Source of the DNA: a virus
Length of the DNA stretch: 64,000 nucleotides
Reading direction: 5' to 3' (one strand)
UHGV virus genome: UHGV-0037395
Below, one piece after another: positions 58,628 through 64,000 of this stretch; the stretch's first letter is position 1, and each line of letters starts with the position of its first letter. A program made the position numbers and the translations under genes. A model generated the notes under the pieces. It was not told the DNA's origin and searched no databases. It worked only from the letters and a program-made list of their open reading frames with translations.

Positions 58628-59423
58628 AAGGTCTACCCTCTAAATGAGCTTCTACACGAGCAATAAAATCATGGTCACTAAAAGCATCTACCGCACCTTT
58701 ACTCCAGTAAGGGATACCGCGTTCTTCCAACTGGTACATCTCACTACGAGTCATACCTTGATAGCCCGGTTCTGCTGCGAGGGCACTATCATAGTAGTTA
58801 ACAACCATAAGTTTCGCAGCAGTCAAATTAAGAACAGGAAATAATTCCCAGTAGAAGTTAATTACTTGGTTAGAGCAACCAACCACAATGATCATATCTT
58901 GACTGGTAATACCATCAAAAACATTATACATTTCTGCGTATGCAGGAGCATGTTCTCCAAAGAAGATTACATTAGGTTTAACCCATTTATAATCATCTGG
59001 ATCAATAGAATTATACCCTACATCAATAATCCGTTTGTTGCTACTATTGTAGCTATCAGCTACAACAACCTCTTTTAAATATCCGTGAATGTGCAGAATG
59101 TCACTATGTGGAACGCCAGCACGCTCAATAAGGTCATCAACGTTGGTAGTCAAGTTTACTACTTGACCTGGATATTGTTTATACCATTCACCAATACGCA
59201 AATGTGCAAGATTGGGTTCAACAGTTTTTAGCTCTTCACGACGTTTGTTGTAAAACATATGGGTTTTATGGTAAAAATTACCACGAAAGGCATGAATATT
59301 ACATACTTCTTCTAGATCATAATCATCCCACAATGCTTTACCACTAGCAGTATCAGTACGAAAAGCTCGTACACCACTTTCAACACTCAAACCCGCACCA
59401 CTAATAATAATTACCCTACGCAT
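58587..59423 (-). CDS. Sir2-family NAD-dependent protein (deacylase or ADP-ribosyltransferase type) lacking the canonical Zn ribbon (278 aa)
   Basis: Sirtuin motifs ISGAGLSVESGVRAFR, catalytic ILHIHG, KPNVIFFGE and VVGCS; no CxxC pairs. Confidence 0.65.
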   Translation of the reverse strand: MRRVIIISGAGLSVESGVRAFRTDTASGKALWDDYDLEEVCNIHAFRGNFYHKTHMFYNKRREELKTVEPNLAHLRIGEWYKQYPGQVVNLTTNVDDLIERAGVPHSDILHIHGYLKEVVVADSYNSSNKRIIDVGYNSIDPDDYKWVKPNVIFFGEHAPAYAEMYNVFDGITSQDMIIVVGCSNQVINFYWELFPVLNLTAAKLMVVNYYDSALAAEPGYQGMTRSEMYQLEERGIPYWSKGAVDAFSDHDFIARVEAHLEGRPYVSRSKGNRYVHS

Positions 59424-59637
59424 TTTTCACCTGTTCTCTGAAGTTTTGCCCAATACTGTCTAATAGCTCAGCTAATTCTTTATTGCCTTTCTCCATTAAG
59501 GTATTAGCAATAACTTCTAGCATAGTAGCGCAGGATTCAACACCATCCTTATAGCCAGTTTCCCAGTGCTGCATTAATGCGTTTTCCAAAGCGGAGTTTA
59601 AACCCTTATCTGGTAGCATCGGCTTCGAGAATGCCAT
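59416..59637 (-). CDS. Small hypothetical protein (73 aa)
   Basis: ORF track. Confidence 0.3.
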   Translation of the reverse strand: MAFSKPMLPDKGLNSALENALMQHWETGYKDGVESCATMLEVIANTLMEKGNKELAELLDSIGQNFREQVKNA

Positions 59638-59809
59638 AAAGTTTCTCCTCTAGTTCCATAACACGATTTTCATAAGAGGCACGCAACTTTTCAATTGCTA
59701 GCGCACGCACTGTAACCTCATTAGAATTAATAGCTAATTGGGCCAGATCTTCTGTTTCCATACGTCCGTTGTAAATTAAGCGATATTTAAGATGTTTTAC
59801 GTTTTTCAT
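59606..59809 (-). CDS. Small hypothetical protein (67 aa)
   Basis: ORF track. Confidence 0.3.
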   Translation of the reverse strand: MKNVKHLKYRLIYNGRMETEDLAQLAINSNEVTVRALAIEKLRASYENRVMELEEKLYGILEADATR

Positions 59810-59818
59810 TCTTGTTCC

Positions 59819-60100
59819 TTAGTTCTGTACTGTAAATTCATTCTTATCACAGTGAGCATAATAATACCCGTACATACGATAAATTTTCACAGCCTTAGTA
59901 GACCCCTTCGATTCTTCATAATCGATCCAGAGCCACTTGTCTTTACCTACATAGTGTACCCGAAACTTCTTAACCTTCTTATCATTCCATGTTGCAACAA
60001 CACGACGATAATCAAATCCACCCAACCAATCTAGAGCCTTACGTTCTTCACTAGGCTCTCCAAGATGGGAGACATCTACTTTGGGAAGCAACTCGCTCAT
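59819..60100 (-). CDS. Hypothetical protein (93 aa), first gene after an early promoter
   Basis: ORF track; the promoter lies immediately upstream. Confidence 0.35.
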   Translation of the reverse strand: MSELLPKVDVSHLGEPSEERKALDWLGGFDYRRVVATWNDKKVKKFRVHYVGKDKWLWIDYEESKGSTKAVKIYRMYGYYYAHCDKNEFTVQN

Positions 60101-60102
60101 AG

Positions 60103-60165
60103 CTTTCTCCTCTCAAATTTATAAATCTATTATATATAAATTTTTGGCTGAAAGCAAATAAAATA
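60103..60165 (-). promoter_or_regulatory. T5-type early promoter
   Basis: Reverse-complement reads TTGCTTtcagccaaaaatttataTATAATagatttataaatttgagaggagaaagctATG. Confidence 0.6.
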
Positions 60166-60199
60166 AAAGCCAGGTCGACTAGCAACCCGGCTGATTAGC

Positions 60200-62074
60200 T
60201 TATTTAGCTCGAATATCCTGATGTTTCACCCTGCCCATAACCTCATGCTGTTTGCCTGGGTTAAATGGACGAGCACCAGGATTTCCAAGATACCCACAAA
60301 CTCGACGAGTTACTTCAAGAGTTTCGGGGTCATGATTACCACAGATAGGGCACTTAAATCCATCTTCGGATGCTATTGTTTCACCTAAGAATCCACATTT
60401 ACCACAAGAATCCACTGGAGTATTAATACCGAAGTAATGAACCTTACTAGCAGCATAATTAATAACCCATTCCAGTGCATCTGGGAATCGTTTCATATCC
60501 GGTAATTCTACATAGGAAATGCACCCACCAGAAGCAATAGGAGTAAAGTTAGACTCATAATCAAATTTCACATTGGGAGCAACTTTACGTTCCACATCAA
60601 GGTGGTGAGAGTTAGTGTAGTATCCTTTGGACAGAATATCTTCATGCTCCGGGAAATATTCACGGTCTAGACGACAAAAACGGTCACATAGGGATTCTGA
60701 TGGTGTAGCATACAGGCTATAACCTAACTTAGTTTCTTCCTTCTTCTGATCGACTCTATCCCGCATGTACTGCAATACACGCTGAACAAACTTGATGCAG
60801 GTCTCGGACATCGTGTCTACATCTTTGCCAAACATGAACTGTAGCATTTCATGGCAACCAATATACCCTAGAGATACAGAAGCACGGTTATAGAAATGAT
60901 CGAATACATATTCATCAGGCTCCAAGCGCAGTCCAAAGGCTCCTGACATATAGAGGATGGGCGCAGCTTTAGCTTGAATGTATTTTAAGCGATCAACTCT
61001 CCACTCCAATGCTTTTAACGCTGTATCCACACGTAGCTCAAGTAAATCAAAGAATAGGTCAATATTTCCTTCAGCTTCGATAGCAATTCTAGGCAAGTTT
61101 ACAGAAACAACACCTAAGTTATTACGACCGGCAGTTTCACCATCTTCTGTAGCAGCTAGGAATGAACGACAGCCCATAGAAACTTTATAGTCTCCAGTAA
61201 CTTCCACAACCTTATCATAGCTGATATAATCTGGGTACATACGTTCAGCAGTACATTTCATAGCTAACTTCTTGATGTCATAATTAACATCCCCTGGTTT
61301 CATATTTACGCCATCACGAAGTACAAATACCAGTTTCGGGAAGATAGCTGTACGTTTATTGATACCTAAACCATCCATGCGTACTTTCAATATTGCTTTC
61401 TGTACTAGACGTGCTTCCCAAGAAGTTCCTAGACCAAAACCAAAGGTAATAAATGGACTCTGACCATTAGAGTTGAACATGGTATTGATTTCATATTCTA
61501 AACCCTGACAAGCGTCATAGACTTCTTTTTCAGTCATCTCCGTAGCCATTACTGATGCTTTGGCTTCATCCTTAGTCCAACGTTTTGCAAACGCATGATT
61601 TTTGTCATAGGATTTACGAACATAAGGAGCTAATACTTCATCAAGGCGATCCACGGAAGTGCCACCATACTGATGGGAGCTAACTTGAGTGATAATCTGA
61701 GCAGTAATAGCCGCTGCAGTAGTGATAGAGTTTGGAGTGCTAATTTCAGCATTACCAACCTTCATACCATTCTTCAACATATCTTCCAGAGCTACCAGAC
61801 AACAGTTAGTCATGCCTAATGCAGCATAATCAGCATCATGGAAATGAATATCCCCAATCATATGAGCATTTCGAATCTGAATTGGCATTTCTTCTAGAAT
61901 CAGATACTTACTCAATTCACCTGCAAGCATATCCCTCTGTGTAGGGAAACGTTCTGAGGGTTTATTGGCATTATTAAACAGCAGCTCTTCATCTGCTGAC
62001 CCTTCGATAATCTCTTTGCAGTTTCTAATTAACGCCTGCATTTCTTTATACTTTAGTTCTTCATTGCGATTCAT
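60200..62074 (-). CDS. nrdD: Anaerobic ribonucleoside-triphosphate reductase NrdD (624 aa)
   Basis: C-terminal glycyl-radical motif RRVCGYLG and a Zn site CGKCGF..CPICGN. Confidence 0.85.
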   Translation of the reverse strand: MNRNEELKYKEMQALIRNCKEIIEGSADEELLFNNANKPSERFPTQRDMLAGELSKYLILEEMPIQIRNAHMIGDIHFHDADYAALGMTNCCLVALEDMLKNGMKVGNAEISTPNSITTAAAITAQIITQVSSHQYGGTSVDRLDEVLAPYVRKSYDKNHAFAKRWTKDEAKASVMATEMTEKEVYDACQGLEYEINTMFNSNGQSPFITFGFGLGTSWEARLVQKAILKVRMDGLGINKRTAIFPKLVFVLRDGVNMKPGDVNYDIKKLAMKCTAERMYPDYISYDKVVEVTGDYKVSMGCRSFLAATEDGETAGRNNLGVVSVNLPRIAIEAEGNIDLFFDLLELRVDTALKALEWRVDRLKYIQAKAAPILYMSGAFGLRLEPDEYVFDHFYNRASVSLGYIGCHEMLQFMFGKDVDTMSETCIKFVQRVLQYMRDRVDQKKEETKLGYSLYATPSESLCDRFCRLDREYFPEHEDILSKGYYTNSHHLDVERKVAPNVKFDYESNFTPIASGGCISYVELPDMKRFPDALEWVINYAASKVHYFGINTPVDSCGKCGFLGETIASEDGFKCPICGNHDPETLEVTRRVCGYLGNPGARPFNPGKQHEVMGRVKHQDIRAK

Positions 62075-62094
62075 TATACTCTCCTTCTCTAACT

Positions 62095-62140
62095 AAGACT
62101 ACTATTATAACTCATTCGAGGGCGGATGTCAATATAATTT
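62095..62140 (-). promoter_or_regulatory. Sigma70 promoter for nrdD (TTGACA-N17-TATAAT)
   Basis: Reverse-complement reads TTGACAtccgccctcgaatgagtTATAATagtagtc..ggagagtataATG. Confidence 0.5.
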
Positions 62141-62267
62141 TTCTCTTAGATATCGTATTTTGATCTGTGCTAAGAAAATTGATCAGAATGTCAAAATTTT
62201 ATTGACACCACCATAACTTTTGTATAAGATATACACATAACTTAAGAAATTTGACAAGGAAATAAAA

Positions 62268-62759
62268 ATGAACACTGAAATAACCCAAGACCTACTAAGG
62301 ACCTACTTTGACTATAAAGATGGAGAATTGTTTTATAAACCAACTTATAAAACCCCTGCGGGAAGAATATCCAAAAAAGCAGGTAAATCCGCCAGGCTAA
62401 CTCCGTGTAATGGGTACTATCGTATAAATGTACCAAGAATAGGTGTACAGAAAGAACATAGGATGATTTTCCTATATCATGAAGGATACCTACCAGAAGT
62501 AGTAGATCATATTGATAGGGATAAAGAAAACAATAGGATAGAGAACCTTAGGGCATCTAATCTTCAGGACAACGCTATTAATCGCTCCATAAGTAAAAGT
62601 AACACCTCTGGCATTGTGGGTGTCCATTATGATGAATCGTATGGTAAGTGGGTTGTAACGTACAGGGGTAAGTACTTTGGAAGATTTGATACCAAAGAAG
62701 AAGCTGCCGAAGTTAATGCTAATGTTCGTGCCCTTGATCAAACCCGTATAAATAGTTGA
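62268..62759 (+). CDS. HNH-AP2 homing endonuclease (163 aa)
   Basis: Motif HRMIFLYHEGYLPEVVDHIDRDKENNRIENL plus GIVGVHYD..KW AP2-like segment. Confidence 0.6.
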   Translation: MNTEITQDLLRTYFDYKDGELFYKPTYKTPAGRISKKAGKSARLTPCNGYYRINVPRIGVQKEHRMIFLYHEGYLPEVVDHIDRDKENNRIENLRASNLQDNAINRSISKSNTSGIVGVHYDESYGKWVVTYRGKYFGRFDTKEEAAEVNANVRALDQTRINS

Positions 62760-62947
62760 TTATCTAGTATCACACATCTCCCGTTAAAAGCAAGCAAATT
62801 TTTTATTTAAATGCAATATCATAGGCTTATTTAAAATTGTAGTTGCTTTTTACTGTATATATTGGTATAATATATTTGTAAGTTGATAAACAAGATCTTT
62901 TTGTTGATCCTCTGTTAGCGAAGTACACTATAGGAGTGTTATTTATG

Positions 62948-63697
62948 GGAAAAGCACGTCAAAAAAGAGAGAACCGCAATGGTTCAAGAAAGCGTGGCAA
63001 CAAATATGAGAATAACGTAATTCAGGCTGATTTTTCTAATGATTACGCTAACCCAGTTGCTAAATCCCTAGTAGGTAAAAACCGCGAGCAAAAATCATAT
63101 ATCAATATGATCAAGAACAACACAGTGACTGTGGGTATCGGTGAGCCAGGTACTGGTAAAACCTTTATTCCGTCCGTTCTTGCAGCTCAGGAACTCGTAG
63201 ACATTCACTCAGATATTGAGCAAGTGATCCTCGTACGTCCTAATGAACCTCTAGGTAAGTCTCTTGGTATGCTTCCTGGTGATCTAGCGGAAAAGCTAGA
63301 GCCTTGGTTGGAGCCAATAGCTGATGGTATGAAATGGGCCATCGGCGATCATGCATATAAAGGATATGTCGAACGTCAGAAAATTAAATTTTTGGCTGTC
63401 GAACATGCTCGTGGCAGAACTTTCAACAACTCCTATGTAATTGTCGATGAAGCTCAGAATATTTCCGTTGAGGCAATGATTTGTATCCTAACTCGTGTAG
63501 GACAAGACTGCCGCTTAATTATCTGCGGAGATATAGCTCAGAAAGACATTAAAGGTGACTCAGGTCTAGCACTCCTTATGGAAGTATATGAGAAATACGA
63601 AAATGCCCCATTCTCAATGATTGAATTGATTGATAACGTTCGTTCTGTTGAGTCTAAAGCATTCTATGATATTTTCAAAGACATGGGGAAGGTGTAA
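62948..63697 (+). CDS. phoH: PhoH-like ATPase; start likely at MGKARQ
   Basis: Walker A GEPGTGKTF, a DEAQN box, PhoH-family architecture. Confidence 0.75.
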   Translation, partial: GKARQKRENRNGSRKRGNKYENNVIQADFSNDYANPVAKSLVGKNREQKSYINMIKNNTVTVGIGEPGTGKTFIPSVLAAQELVDIHSDIEQVILVRPNEPLGKSLGMLPGDLAEKLEPWLEPIADGMKWAIGDHAYKGYVERQKIKFLAVEHARGRTFNNSYVIVDEAQNISVEAMICILTRVGQDCRLIICGDIAQKDIKGDSGLALLMEVYEKYENAPFSMIELIDNVRSVESKAFYDIFKDMGKV

Positions 63698-63698
63698 T

Positions 63699-63920
63699 AT
63701 GGGAAACGTCGTTCATCTGAGCCGTAAAACTAAAATACATCGTACTTCACTGAGTGCTGCTAATATGATTACACGTAAGGAAGGGGAAGAAAGTCCTAGG
63801 ACAACCCTAGCGTGGAAAATTGTAACCTCAAATCCAAATAAACCATTCAATTATAACGAGCTGAGCACCTCCATAGATATTCTATTAAAAGAAGTAGCTA
63901 GAGCTAAAGTAATTGAATAA
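63699..63920 (+). CDS. Hypothetical protein; start at MGNVVHL overlapping the phoH stop (the track ORF from 63630 is over-extended)
   Basis: A gtgTAATATGg junction; followed by a terminator-like hairpin and T-run at 63937-63975. Confidence 0.35.
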   Translation: MGNVVHLSRKTKIHRTSLSAANMITRKEGEESPRTTLAWKIVTSNPNKPFNYNELSTSIDILLKEVARAKVIE

Positions 63921-64000
63921 GCTAAAAAGCTAGACTGGTAATATACAGGGCCTGGGTATGAAAATACTCGGGCCTTTTCTATCAGAAAATTTTATTTGCC

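Noticed and set aside
1-64000. Checked for a lysogeny or mobile-element signature (integrase, transposase, attachment repeats) and for anti-CRISPR or retron-like elements.
   Set aside because: No tyrosine or serine recombinase or transposase motifs were found in any ORF. The gene content is that of a strictly virulent T5-like phage, and the only mobile elements are the homing endonuclease genes.

Overview
This window reads as a T5-like (Tequintavirus-type) lytic siphophage of enterobacteria, in the reverse orientation to the usual T5 map. From left to right it contains: (i) about 6.5 kb of pre-early / terminal-repeat-like genes on the + strand (an A2-like protein, the A1 metallophosphoesterase, the 5'-deoxyribonucleotidase Dmp), each followed by a hairpin and a conserved leader motif; (ii) a divergent llp lipoprotein / pb5-type receptor-binding protein pair; (iii) a complete late structural module on the + strand (TerS, TerL, two homing endonucleases, portal, Ig-like decoration protein, prohead protease, major capsid protein, connector proteins, tail tube pb6, chaperones, tape measure pb2, Dit pb9, hub pb3, pb4, collar p132 and a two-gene branched L-shaped tail fibre LtfA/LtfB); (iv) a converging early replication/recombination module on the - strand (dUTPase, flap endonuclease D15, SbcCD-like D13/D12, D10 helicase, DNA polymerase, primase, DnaB-like helicase, D5-like DNA-binding protein, a two-subunit NAD-dependent ligase, a large origin-binding-type helicase); and (v) an accessory cluster (two paralogous small proteins, a HAD-like phosphatase, a Sir2-family protein), anaerobic ribonucleotide reductase NrdD, an HNH endonuclease and PhoH. 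The - strand carries at least ten near-identical strong sigma70 early promoters (TTGCTT-N17-TATAAT-AGATTCATAAATTTGAGAG), one of them essentially the classical T5 PN25 promoter. No tRNA, CRISPR, integrase or lysogeny functions were seen. The most unusual observations are: the Sir2/HAD/paralog accessory cluster; a roughly 450-nt ORF-free structured leader upstream of the large helicase; a 25-bp perfect inverted repeat bracketing a small ORF and a promoter; three late terminators each followed by a conserved TTATTGGGAAAAATAAA motif; a split LTF with 21-bp coding repeat arrays; a small membrane-protein cassette next to llp; and six free-standing homing endonucleases. All identifications are from reading the sequence and ORF translations; no database search was possible.
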